From Giardia intestinalis (lineage: Eukaryota), in assembly GCA_000002435.2 (NCBI GenBank), contig CM018792.1: DNA of 64,000 nucleotides. One strand, written 5' to 3'. The notes beneath the pieces were generated by a model. That model saw nothing but the letters and a program-made list of their open reading frames with translations, made no database searches and was not told where the DNA came from. Of this stretch, positions 38,487 through 47,766 are shown in pieces (the stretch's first letter is position 1; each line of letters opens with the position of its first letter). The position numbers and the translations under genes were made by a program.

Positions 38487-38492
38487 TTTACT
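38487..38492 (-). terminator. putative poly(A) signal AGTAAA overlapping the TAA stop of the FG/RanBD gene
   Basis: Minus strand reads ...AAGTAAACCGAGC. Confidence 0.45.
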
Positions 38493-39390
38493 TGGTGTGC
38501 TCCTCTGCCTTCCCCTCGCTGGAGTCTTTCTGCGGCATTGCTGCAAGACAAGTGTCGCGGAGCTCCTCCGTTGCGAACTTAAAGAGCGCGATCATGGAGG
38601 TCTTCGTTAGATCGTTGTGGATGGCGAGCTTGAGGTATCGCTTCTTATCGGGAACAACGTTCACATCCTTTGTTAAGCGTGAGTTTATTGCAACAATACT
38701 CGTTCCAACGCGCGAAAAGACGAGCTGGCGATCTTCTGGCGACTCCTCTACGCTAATAATCTGCAAGTATCCTTTGTTCTTGGCAACCCACCTACCATCC
38801 TCCTTATCATAGTGGTAGAGCTCGACGTCCCCGCCTTCGAAAAGACTGTTCTTGTTTTGATAATCCTTTTTGTCGACTGATTGGGTGGTCGTGTAGTTCT
38901 TAGCCGAAACCAGAGAGGCGTTATGCTCTGCAACTGGTGGACCCTGGGCGTTGTCGTCTGCCTTTAATGGCCCCATGTTGGGAAAGCTAAATGCTGCCTT
39001 AACTGTTGGCTCTAACGGTTTGCATGCTGCGATTCCTGTAAATGAGAACGCGAAAGTTGCAGTGCTCTCCTTAGTAGCATTCTCCGATGCTTCGTTTGTC
39101 TTGGTCTTCTTTGACTCGGTGGTAGGTTTGGGTAACGGGCCGTCTGCAGGCTCTGCCGCTTGCTTATCTATGTGTCCGTGAGACCTGAGAGATTTGCGTG
39201 GAGGTTCTTGGTCGGGTATGTAACCAAATGAGAACTTGAAATCTGAAGCAGGAGTGGGAGCAGGGACTGAGGCAGGCTTTTCTCCAGTAGGATTCTTGTC
39301 GTCGGTGCTTGCAGGCACAAATCCAAACTTGAATTGGGGCGGATCACGGGCCTCTTCCTTCTTTTCCTGGACGCCGAGAAGGTCGGGCAT
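38488..39390 (-). CDS. FG-repeat protein with a C-terminal Ran-binding (RanBD/PH-like) domain (Nup50/Nup2- or RanBP3/Yrb2-like)
   Basis: N-terminal FxF/FxFG-type motifs (FKFGF, FKFSFG, FAFSF, AAFSFP) in a disordered K/T/P-rich region. C-terminal ~110 aa LFEGGDVELYHYDKEDGRWVAKNKGYLQIISVEE...LVFSRVGTSIVAINSRL...KRYLKLAIHN...SMIALFKFATEELRDTCLAAM follow the RanBD1 pattern (LFxxRAKLFRFDxExKEWKERGxGxxKILxH...RxVMRRxxTxKxxxNHxI...). Confidence 0.5.
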   Translation of the reverse strand: MPDLLGVQEKKEEARDPPQFKFGFVPASTDDKNPTGEKPASVPAPTPASDFKFSFGYIPDQEPPRKSLRSHGHIDKQAAEPADGPLPKPTTESKKTKTNEASENATKESTATFAFSFTGIAACKPLEPTVKAAFSFPNMGPLKADDNAQGPPVAEHNASLVSAKNYTTTQSVDKKDYQNKNSLFEGGDVELYHYDKEDGRWVAKNKGYLQIISVEESPEDRQLVFSRVGTSIVAINSRLTKDVNVVPDKKRYLKLAIHNDLTKTSMIALFKFATEELRDTCLAAMPQKDSSEGKAEEHTK

Positions 39391-39458
39391 TTGATTTTTT
39401 GCGTCTGCGCGCCGCGCGAGGCAAAAGGCAACTCAGAGATGAAAACCGCAAGTTAACG

Positions 39459-39464
39459 TTTACT
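39459..39464 (-). terminator. putative poly(A) signal AGTAAA overlapping the TAA stop of histone H3
   Basis: Minus strand reads GGGCAAGTAAACG. Confidence 0.5.
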
Positions 39465-39900
39465 TGCCCTTCCTGTACTCGGGCTCGATCCGCTTGCCGA
39501 TCCGGGTCGCAAGCTCCATGTCGGGCTTCATGATCGTGACGCGCTTGGCGTGCTCGGCGCAGAGCTGCGTGTCGACGAAGAGCGAGATGATGTAGTTCTC
39601 CGCAGACTCCTGGAGGGCCTCCACCGCCGCGCCCTGGAAGCGGATGTCGGACTTGGAGAGCCCGGAGGTGACGATGTCACGGACGAGCTTCGAGAAGGGC
39701 AGCTTCCGGATGAGCAGGTCTGTGGACTTCTGGTACTTCTTGATCTCCTTGACCGCGACCATGCCCTGCTTCTTGCGGCCGGTCTTCTTGATCCCGCTCG
39801 TCGAGGACGCCGTCTTGCGTGCGGCCTTGCGCGCGATCGTCTTGCGCGGCGCCTTCGTCGCGCTGGTCGTCTTGCGTGCCGTGTGCTTGGTGCGTGCCAT
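39460..39900 (-). CDS. H3: histone H3 (divergent, Giardia-type), 146 aa
   Basis: [29 protein letters not shown]...[25 protein letters not shown]...[50 protein letters not shown] aligns along its whole length with canonical H3 ([27 protein letters not shown]...[25 protein letters not shown]...[20 protein letters not shown]). The ORF track extends upstream to 40029; the true ATG is at 39898-39900. Confidence 0.85.
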   Translation of the reverse strand: MARTKHTARKTTSATKAPRKTIARKAARKTASSTSGIKKTGRKKQGMVAVKEIKKYQKSTDLLIRKLPFSKLVRDIVTSGLSKSDIRFQGAAVEALQESAENYIISLFVDTQLCAEHAKRVTIMKPDMELATRIGKRIEPEYRKGK

Positions 39901-39913
39901 TTTGTTCCCCGCC

Positions 39914-39929
39914 CTTTTTGGCCAAAAAG
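39914..39929. promoter_or_regulatory. perfect 16-bp palindrome CTTTTTGGCCAAAAAG, 14-29 bp upstream of the H3 ATG
   Basis: Equals its own reverse complement. Lies between the him motif and the H3 start. Confidence 0.5.
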
Positions 39930-39935
39930 ATTGAT

Positions 39936-39950
39936 CCCAAATCTGCGCCC
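39936..39950 (-). promoter_or_regulatory. Giardia histone promoter motif (him): GGGCGCAGATTTGGG
   Basis: Exact match on the minus strand to the published consensus G[AG]GCGCAGATTT[ACG]GG shared by G. lamblia core histone promoters. Located ~40-50 bp upstream of the H3 ATG. Confidence 0.6.
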
Positions 39951-40296
39951 CATCGTGTGAAATTTCATTTAAAATGTCATCTTGGTGACTGCGAACACGG
40001 GCTGGCAAATACCTTACTATAGTAGACATCTATAGTACTCACGTTTTCTGCAAAACATGCTATTAAGATGACAAGGGCAACCATGGATGTCAAAGGGCTG
40101 CGACATATGGTTAGTCTCGCAGATCTCCTCAGCGAGCTGGACTTTTTGCAGACAGAAGCTCCAGAAGAATTGGTTTTGAGCATGGTGCTGCAAATGGTGT
40201 TTGCAATCCATCACTCTCCACTAGGCTCGATATTCTGTTGCCGCGTCGGACCTCACGGTTGGGTCAGAAAGCATATACATTGATAACAGAAGGGTC

Positions 40297-40716
40297 ATGG
40301 CCTTCGATACGTCGTCGTGTACTAGCGATTGGCAATCCAAGCAATCTCGCCAACCCGGCCCGCGTGATGATCTACTTCAATCTTACGATGACCCCAGCCT
40401 GTGGATTATAGCAAATTTACAGAGCATGATCGCATATGCTAAGAGACTACATGTGCGTGGATGCGATTCTCTAGTCTCCGCATTAGCAAACCTAGTACAA
40501 CAAGGATATACTGACCTTAGCGACATACTTGCGTTCCCGGAGCTGTTTGCACCATTTAACCTACTATTCAATAGGCTTAGACCGGTAATCGGGGCGCTTC
40601 AAATGCCGCTGATGATTCTAATAAAATTTTGTCCACGGATGGTTGAAAGCTCAGGGTTCCTGGACGTACATCAGGCACAGCTAGATTTCAGGATGTCTGT
40701 GCCCGCACGGCTTTGA
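40297..40716 (+). CDS. hypothetical small protein (139 aa)
   Basis: ORF with an ATG, divergent from H3; no similarity I recognise. Could be non-coding. Confidence 0.25.
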   Translation: MAFDTSSCTSDWQSKQSRQPGPRDDLLQSYDDPSLWIIANLQSMIAYAKRLHVRGCDSLVSALANLVQQGYTDLSDILAFPELFAPFNLLFNRLRPVIGALQMPLMILIKFCPRMVESSGFLDVHQAQLDFRMSVPARL

Positions 40717-40968
40717 TGTACGCAGTGCACTATGACTAGAAGCTGTGTTCTATTTTAGCACAGCATGAAGCAGAACTACTGACAAAAATGGATGCTGCTT
40801 CAACTCATCGATTTCAGTGCGTCTTCGACCTAATTTCACACGAAGTTTGGATGAGGCAAAAGCCTAGCGAGGAGTTTCCCTCGGAAAGCGCGCATATGAC
40901 TATGCAATAATGCGCAATAGAACCCTCTGGGCACAAGTACTACAGTACTACAGCAGTATGCCGTTGGG

Positions 40969-43900
40969 TCATATGCATAGACGGTCGAGCTGCGCCAAGA
41001 TAGGAGTATTAGGCGGTAGGTATGCGCGTATTCGCATCCCTATATTTTTCTTATTGATAGATGCTTGGGAGGGGTCGTATCCCAGTGATCCCAGCTCGCT
41101 GTATTTGCGAACGAGAGCAATCATGTAGTAGCATAGAACCTTTGACACATAGGAGAAGTCCTCTTTTAGAAGATCAGGAACAGGTATGGATTCCATAACA
41201 GCTGCTGTGTCTATCTGGGTGTTCCCTACCGTGCTTACTCCACCTTGATGCAGCCCCAGCACCTTCCAAATAGAGTCAATGCTGTGTATAAGGTTGGCAA
41301 CAAGGGCTTTTTCGCGTATTGTCACAACATCTGTTGTAAATAAGTTCAGGACAAATTGGGCAGCCAATCTTTCATATTGCTGCTTTGGATCGTATGTCTT
41401 GTACCTGTTTGTTGTGAGTAGCGCAAAAATGGTCATAGGGATGACAAAGTCAAAGGAGGTCAGCTGCAGGTCCGAGCACATCTCTACTATGCTCCGGAAC
41501 ACCTGAGCTGCCTGGCCAATCACATTGGCTGCCTCAAGATCTGAAGAACTGAGACTGTCACTGCGGACGATACCTCTGGTGATGCCTCTGTGGGGGTCAT
41601 TGAGCAGACTCTCCTGTCTAAAGACAAAGCCAGGGAGGGTGGTGCTCGTCAATGCAGCCACCCAATAGCCGCCTAGGGCTGAGCGCTCTTGATTGGGCGT
41701 TGCGCTGGACAACAATATATATACCCCGATGTCACTCAATCGCAGGGGCACTACGCACTGGGTATATAATTCTTGGAGCGGTTTGATGCCGTCTGTGTCC
41801 AGCTGAGTAATGTATTTAGAGACATCCCCATCCTTTATGTTCTGCACCCTGCGAAGCACTACCAGTTGCACACGAGCCGCGACCAGGGTTTCTTTAATCG
41901 ACACCAAGAGCTTCTGCGGGGTAACACCCTGGTCATCTGCTCTACCCTTGTCTGTAGTGGCATAAATATTTCTGGGATAAGCTGCACTCATGGCTCCCTC
42001 CACTCCGAAGGTAGCATCTGCGGCACTGGATTGTCCCGACATACCAAACGGCTGGCTTTCCACCCCTACCAATGGAGCATTTCCAACGGTTCGATATGCC
42101 GTCTGAGCACTAGTTGGCTGTGCAAGTCCGCCACTCTCCAGCTTCGCAAGGGCATCAGATAACATGTTGATACGATCCTGTAGCGTCAGGTATCCCAGCT
42201 GGACCGTGCCATTGACGATTGATGGGAAGATAGCCTGAGTTTTTGCCTCTGTGGCCTTTCTAAACATCGCAACACATATTTTGTCATTGGAGCGTTTCTC
42301 CAAATACCTGAAATAGAGGTAAAAGTTCTGCGTCTTTAAGAAACTCTCTATGTAAGGCGAGACGGCCATTATTAGCCCTAGCGAGGCCCTATTTTCAATA
42401 ATCTTTAAAACGGTGACTACTGCTACACTTGTATCGCATTGTGAGTCTTCTTGGAGAGCTTTCAAAATGCATGCTGCAGTGTAGTAGTGCGCATACAAGA
42501 AGTAGTACAACTGCATCTGCCAGACTTTGGATGGACACTGAGTAATGGCCACACGAAGAACGGTGACAATCTGTCCAGACGCTGTCCCCGACGTTGCGCT
42601 TGCGGCGGTATGGATTGACCGCAGGGGGACGCCGGTTAGAGCAAAGAGGCTATCTGCATCGTGCACTCCAGACTCCACATCCGCAGCCATTTCAGTGAAG
42701 GTGCCTGGCCTGCCAAATTGGGTGTATCCACCAAAGTGACTGAATGCAGCACCGGAGAGATCTCTCAACCCGTTGGTTCCGTGCATAGCTGAGCCCTGGG
42801 GTCTCAATAGCTCGTATATCCCTGCTAAAAGATAGCCCTGACTGAGGATATCAAGGGCTTTGCTGCAGAGATTGCAAACTTTTGATATCGAGGCTTGCCA
42901 ATCTTTCCTGGGAATCGTAGACATAAGAAGCTCATTGTGTACCAACGCATCAAAGCCGTTGTCAATTTGAAAGGGGAATTTGACAATTCCAGAGTCTATG
43001 CTAGCTTGAAGCTCCTTGAGCCGTGTAAAAGGCCCTTGGCCAACTGTCTGATGGCAGCAACCTTTATAATAATCATATGCACGATTAATATTTGTCTGTA
43101 GAACTTTGTGAAATACGTCTTTTAACGAGCCTTCCAACTCTGGAGAACCTTGAGGGTTCCCCTGAGGCGCCATGAGATTATATGCGCGACCCTTGTGTCC
43201 ATAGGCTCCCTGGACAAGCCCTGCATTTTGTTCTGCATGAATACCGAGAGGCCCCTTGATGCTAGCCAACTTGCCATCATCTCCCAGAGCGTCCAATAAA
43301 GCAGTTTCGTCATCAAAGACCCTTATTAGAAGCAGTACGATGCACGCGGAGAAGTTCCCCATCCCTTTCAGGACATCGAGGATTGGCTCAATGGGCTCGA
43401 TGCTTGATTGAGAGCGCACCAGTGTATCTATGGCCCTGCGAATTATCAAATTCCGCCGCTCTGGAGGTAGTCTCTTGGCCTGCTCTAGCTGCTGCAGAAC
43501 CTGGATTCGCACACTATAGACACTGTGCAGGACCTGACAGTGCTCTTTGAGCTGCGCTGAAAAATCACAGTTCACGCCGTAGCGCAAAGACGCCGCCCGT
43601 AACAGCGAGTGGTTATGGCGACTAATACTGGAGGCCCCAGGAATCTCTGTCACGTCGCCTACAGAGAGTGTACGAATAATTTCATCCAAAAGGACCCGGG
43701 TTTCAGGGAGAAATATGCCGTGAATAGAGAGAAGGTCGCAATATATGCCGCACGACAAGCCATCATATACACTGGTGGAAAGCGTATTCACGCTCTGCTG
43801 CTTATTCCTCTTGCTGTTTTTCTGGGTGGCCATGGCGCCATCATGTCCGCTTGAAAATACCATTGGGTGTCCATGGAGCCGGGCAAAGTTGTTCAAGCAC

Positions 43901-46530
43901 GTGCTAGCATAGATTATTCTGGACGGATGAATGATTAGGCTGACGAATCCGATTGCTTCTGAGATGCTTCCCAATGATTCAAAGATCGTTTCCACCTTGT
44001 CAGCGTCTTGCTGTGCGCTATCCACAACAATCAATCGATTGTAGTTGATTTGCATAAAGCGCAGCAGTTGGTTGAGTCGTTCTCTAACACCTAGAAGCTC
44101 GTCCATGGTCCACGTCAAGGATGCCATTGTGTGAGAGCTATCCAGAAAGAGAGGGACCCCTTGAGTCGAGGCTTGAAAGGAAAGATTCTTTGTGAGTGTG
44201 GTGGTGGATAGTCTAGTCGACGACGCACGGAAGATGGACTTTGTACTTATATGGGATGTAGATACAGCCCGGTTTGCAGGGTGCGTATCAATGATACCCT
44301 CTTTATAAGCGCGACGACCCTCTTCGCTGAAGTCTATGCATACCCTTTGGCGTGCTGCTGAATGCGACCTTTTCTTTTCAGTGTAGGCAGCCCCTCCTTG
44401 GACTGTATTCTCGCTCTCTGTTCGTTGTGTAGCTTTAGAGAAGAATGTCGATAGGCGGTGCACTGCTCCATCTTTGTTATCTGACTCACCACTTTGAATC
44501 GCATAAGCGCGGGGAGCAGTTACTGGAGCCCCCTTCCAATAAGGGTATATCGACAACGGACCCATTAGGCGGGCAATGTAACGCTTCAAAGCTGCAATCT
44601 GGACACAGTTAACTGCAGTCATGCCCTCAAAGAAGTGCTGAGTCGCACACTCTGACACTTTCGAAGACGAGTATTGAGAAGCAATAGCAAGGAGCATGCA
44701 ATAGAATTCGTGATCTCCATAGAGATCCCTTTGCTTTGAGACATCAACTTTGTCGCGCAGGAGTGCGTGGAGCCTCTCTAGTGGAGTAGAAATGTTGTAA
44801 ACAATTATTGTCGAGGTTGTAATGATGGCTATTGTACGTGGAGAGTGAATATATTGGTAAAGCTGAGGATTCGAAGAAAGGTATGTGGTGGAAAGTGCGA
44901 GGCTCCCTGCTTGGGAAGAATCCAGTTCTACTACGTCTACGATCTTCTGCTGGTGTGGCTGTGGAGTAGCGCCCACTTGCGTCTGACCTCCACTAAAGAC
45001 ATCAAGCAACAGTTCTCTGGTGCACCTCTGGACACGTGGCTGGACAGAAATCTCGTTCACAGATCCACACACCGCACTTTGCTGGGATACATCATCGAAG
45101 AAACAGGCAACAGAGAGTCCACGAGAACGGAAAAAGCTTATGCACGAGGATCCAACAAGGCTTCTGATGCCTTGGAATGGCGTTCTAACCTGTTTGAGGA
45201 CCAGTTTGTCATAGTTGAAATCGTATGCCTGATTGTGCTTTGCATCCTGCTTGCCCATTGCAGCCATGAAGTCCGCATAGTACTCATTTTTGAGTGTGTA
45301 TGTGTCTTTGGCCACCCCGCAGGCCGATAGACTGTAATAGAGCTCTAGTCCTGTATCGGTCATTGCAACTAAAGTGAAGGTTACGCTTTCTGATAAAGTG
45401 ATTGGCCAAATTTGTACAATGGATGCCTGGGAGTCGTTGGAATACATGCTTAGATCCTTCTGGAATGAGGTGTATGGCTTTAGTTTGCGAAAAGATGATA
45501 TGCAGCTGTCATCAAAGACATATACGGTGATCCTGTTATCTTCGTGAAGTGTGTACAGGAGTCCTCTGGTATCATCTACTACTGCCTGTTTAATGGGCTT
45601 GGGCCGTAAAAGGTCTGAAATAAAGGGAACATGCGACAAGACTGGGATAGACGTATGATCTATCAACCGAGCCCTGCCGACTCCAGCACTACTGGAAGAA
45701 AAGCCGCCAGGCAAAATACCTCTTGCTGCCGAAAGAAGTCCAATATTTGAGAGAAGACCCTCATTTTGAGAACTATATACCACTTCTATGAGAGACCCGG
45801 TTGTTAATCCTGCGAAGAGTCTGCCTGTTTGAGTACCAACCAACTGGGTTACAGCGGCATCCGTGGGTAGGGTTACGCTTAGTTGTGACTCAGCGATGAT
45901 AAACCTTTCTTGCTGCAAAGTTGCTGCTAGGGTCTCTTCAGATGAGGAGCCAGCTGCCGACAGCCTAACACCGAAGGAGACTGTCTTCCTTTGAAGAAAC
46001 GCTTTTGTGGTTACGTCGGTATCTATGCTTGGCGCACCACGAGACATAGCGGGAGGTTGCACTGCTGTGTTGTTGAGCGTGGAGGTGGCCTTTGGGTAGG
46101 TTACTGGATAGAGCTTAATTTGGTTTGTAAGCGCTACGGCCAAAAGGTACCGCGTTTCCACAGCAAACGTTAAGGGAGCTGGAGTAATTATTAAACAACA
46201 ATCTATATAAGCATCTAGTTCCAACCTAATTATGCGCCGGTTGTCGATGAGGTCAACGAGAATAAGTTCATTATCAATCGCAGTCCAGACGTAGTTGATT
46301 TCGGGCAAAAACCCCATACGCAGCTGCCGCTCAACGTTGTTACCAAGCGTAGTCAGGGCAGGGGGCAGATTGAACGTATGCTGTCTAATAAAGGCCCTCT
46401 CACCGGAACCGGGAGAAAGAACAACCTCTGATAGTCTCGGTAAGGCACACTCGAGGTCAGCTGCTACTGCGTCCTTCTCGTAGAGCTCCCTGCACGTCTT
46501 AAGGAGATCCACGACATGTGAGGCAGACAT
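40969..46530 (-). CDS. Nup155/Nup170/Nup157-like nucleoporin (1853 aa)
   Basis: N-terminal RQLRMGFLPEINYVWTAIDNELILVDLIDN...LLAVALTNQIKLYPVTY aligns closely with the conserved Nup170/Nup155 N-terminal beta-propeller segment (yeast Nup170 [26 protein letters not shown]...HLLLISTTMELFMFAIS; human Nup155 [25 protein letters not shown]...HLLVLATPVDIVILGLSY). The remainder is long and predominantly helical. Confidence 0.6.
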   Translation of the reverse strand: MSASHVVDLLKTCRELYEKDAVAADLECALPRLSEVVLSPGSGERAFIRQHTFNLPPALTTLGNNVERQLRMGFLPEINYVWTAIDNELILVDLIDNRRIIRLELDAYIDCCLIITPAPLTFAVETRYLLAVALTNQIKLYPVTYPKATSTLNNTAVQPPAMSRGAPSIDTDVTTKAFLQRKTVSFGVRLSAAGSSSEETLAATLQQERFIIAESQLSVTLPTDAAVTQLVGTQTGRLFAGLTTGSLIEVVYSSQNEGLLSNIGLLSAARGILPGGFSSSSAGVGRARLIDHTSIPVLSHVPFISDLLRPKPIKQAVVDDTRGLLYTLHEDNRITVYVFDDSCISSFRKLKPYTSFQKDLSMYSNDSQASIVQIWPITLSESVTFTLVAMTDTGLELYYSLSACGVAKDTYTLKNEYYADFMAAMGKQDAKHNQAYDFNYDKLVLKQVRTPFQGIRSLVGSSCISFFRSRGLSVACFFDDVSQQSAVCGSVNEISVQPRVQRCTRELLLDVFSGGQTQVGATPQPHQQKIVDVVELDSSQAGSLALSTTYLSSNPQLYQYIHSPRTIAIITTSTIIVYNISTPLERLHALLRDKVDVSKQRDLYGDHEFYCMLLAIASQYSSSKVSECATQHFFEGMTAVNCVQIAALKRYIARLMGPLSIYPYWKGAPVTAPRAYAIQSGESDNKDGAVHRLSTFFSKATQRTESENTVQGGAAYTEKKRSHSAARQRVCIDFSEEGRRAYKEGIIDTHPANRAVSTSHISTKSIFRASSTRLSTTTLTKNLSFQASTQGVPLFLDSSHTMASLTWTMDELLGVRERLNQLLRFMQINYNRLIVVDSAQQDADKVETIFESLGSISEAIGFVSLIIHPSRIIYASTCLNNFARLHGHPMVFSSGHDGAMATQKNSKRNKQQSVNTLSTSVYDGLSCGIYCDLLSIHGIFLPETRVLLDEIIRTLSVGDVTEIPGASSISRHNHSLLRAASLRYGVNCDFSAQLKEHCQVLHSVYSVRIQVLQQLEQAKRLPPERRNLIIRRAIDTLVRSQSSIEPIEPILDVLKGMGNFSACIVLLLIRVFDDETALLDALGDDGKLASIKGPLGIHAEQNAGLVQGAYGHKGRAYNLMAPQGNPQGSPELEGSLKDVFHKVLQTNINRAYDYYKGCCHQTVGQGPFTRLKELQASIDSGIVKFPFQIDNGFDALVHNELLMSTIPRKDWQASISKVCNLCSKALDILSQGYLLAGIYELLRPQGSAMHGTNGLRDLSGAAFSHFGGYTQFGRPGTFTEMAADVESGVHDADSLFALTGVPLRSIHTAASATSGTASGQIVTVLRVAITQCPSKVWQMQLYYFLYAHYYTAACILKALQEDSQCDTSVAVVTVLKIIENRASLGLIMAVSPYIESFLKTQNFYLYFRYLEKRSNDKICVAMFRKATEAKTQAIFPSIVNGTVQLGYLTLQDRINMLSDALAKLESGGLAQPTSAQTAYRTVGNAPLVGVESQPFGMSGQSSAADATFGVEGAMSAAYPRNIYATTDKGRADDQGVTPQKLLVSIKETLVAARVQLVVLRRVQNIKDGDVSKYITQLDTDGIKPLQELYTQCVVPLRLSDIGVYILLSSATPNQERSALGGYWVAALTSTTLPGFVFRQESLLNDPHRGITRGIVRSDSLSSSDLEAANVIGQAAQVFRSIVEMCSDLQLTSFDFVIPMTIFALLTTNRYKTYDPKQQYERLAAQFVLNLFTTDVVTIREKALVANLIHSIDSIWKVLGLHQGGVSTVGNTQIDTAAVMESIPVPDLLKEDFSYVSKVLCYYMIALVRKYSELGSLGYDPSQASINKKNIGMRIRAYLPPNTPILAQLDRLCI

Positions 46531-46631
46531 TCTCTTGTTTTACATATTCCAGAATTTATTATTGCAATTTCAAGCAAAATTGCGTTTGTAGCTAATACAA
46601 AAACCCAGAATCTTTCACATTTAACAACGCG

Positions 46632-47417
46632 ATGTTATTGGGCCACGGACCAAATCCGATTACGGCATACCTTGCGCATCTTTCGGCCGTTCCGCTTGGA
46701 ATTTATAAGACAGGTTACAGCACTTCTGCAGACACCCAGGCGTCTACTTTTTCAAGACATTCGCAGCATTCGCAGAGTGCAGATTGTGGCACAGAAGCTG
46801 CATTTCACTCCACGAAAAGCGTAGAAGCGGAGCATTTTGAAACACCTCACGGCCTCAAGTACTCTGAGGAAGAGGGTTACAATCCTCAGCCACTAAGGAC
46901 TCACCTAACGTTTTCGAGTTTGTCATCAGCGGTTCATTCTGGAGACGCTAGCAGTCAGAGCAAGGCGAGCTGCTCTTCTACTGCTCGAACTGATCCCGTC
47001 ATTGACAACATTTCACCAGATCTTTGGCGGAAGATCTCTCGCATCAGTGCACTGTTGCAAAACGTCGCACTTTCTATGTCCCAGGCAAGGAGTTCCCCAG
47101 AGAGCAGCAGATTTATGTCGCGGCTATCTGAAAGCAACGCAGCTAGCTCCAAATTTTACACGTCCCTTGGAAGCTTTAGTACAAGCACGCGTGACTTTGA
47201 TCTGAAGCAGATTGCCAGCATGCTGAGCGAGGTGATTGATAGCAGCCTTCAAAACGGAAGATCCGACGGTGCATCTCCCTCCGATCCTGAACTAAATCGG
47301 GAGATAGATGAGTTGGTGGCACAATATAACGACATGGCCTCGCTTGCTATCTCTTTGGGATCAGAGGCTCCTCTTATATCCACTACAGCATCTGTGAAGC
47401 AAAGTTCCCCTGAATAG
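46632..47417 (+). CDS. hypothetical Ser-rich protein (261 aa)
   Basis: ORF with an ATG. Head-to-head with the Nup155-like gene, 101 bp apart. Confidence 0.4.
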   Translation: MLLGHGPNPITAYLAHLSAVPLGIYKTGYSTSADTQASTFSRHSQHSQSADCGTEAAFHSTKSVEAEHFETPHGLKYSEEEGYNPQPLRTHLTFSSLSSAVHSGDASSQSKASCSSTARTDPVIDNISPDLWRKISRISALLQNVALSMSQARSSPESSRFMSRLSESNAASSKFYTSLGSFSTSTRDFDLKQIASMLSEVIDSSLQNGRSDGASPSDPELNREIDELVAQYNDMASLAISLGSEAPLISTTASVKQSSPE

Positions 47418-47766
47418 ATTCTCATGACAATTTGGTCTAAATCTTGAGCTGACGGGATTAAAGCTAAAGGGTGGCATAAGTGCCGTCGAAGCATGAGAAG
47501 AACTGCATGACTATCTGGTGTTCGGGATCTTATCCTATACCCATTAAAAATCTAAGTTATACTAGCACACACTTCTCATCGGCTAATATGCTTAAGGCTA
47601 CAATTGTCTCCCACACTGCAGCTACCTGTCCAGTTTCTCCAGCATAGCGAAAGGGCTTTCATGCTACTATCCTCGTTTTCATCAAAAAAGCAATCTGGCT
47701 GTAACATCAGTCATTGTTATTCCTTAAAATATAATTTGTTGTACTCTCTTCTGCACTCACTGCGGT

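Noticed and set aside
39528-40022. Cluster of overlapping ORFs on both strands over the histone H3 locus (39528-39968 -, 39550-39960 +, 39644-39934 +, 39677-39940 -)
   Set aside because: Alternative-frame readings of the GC-rich H3 coding sequence, giving Arg/Pro-rich products; the H3 frame itself is unambiguous.
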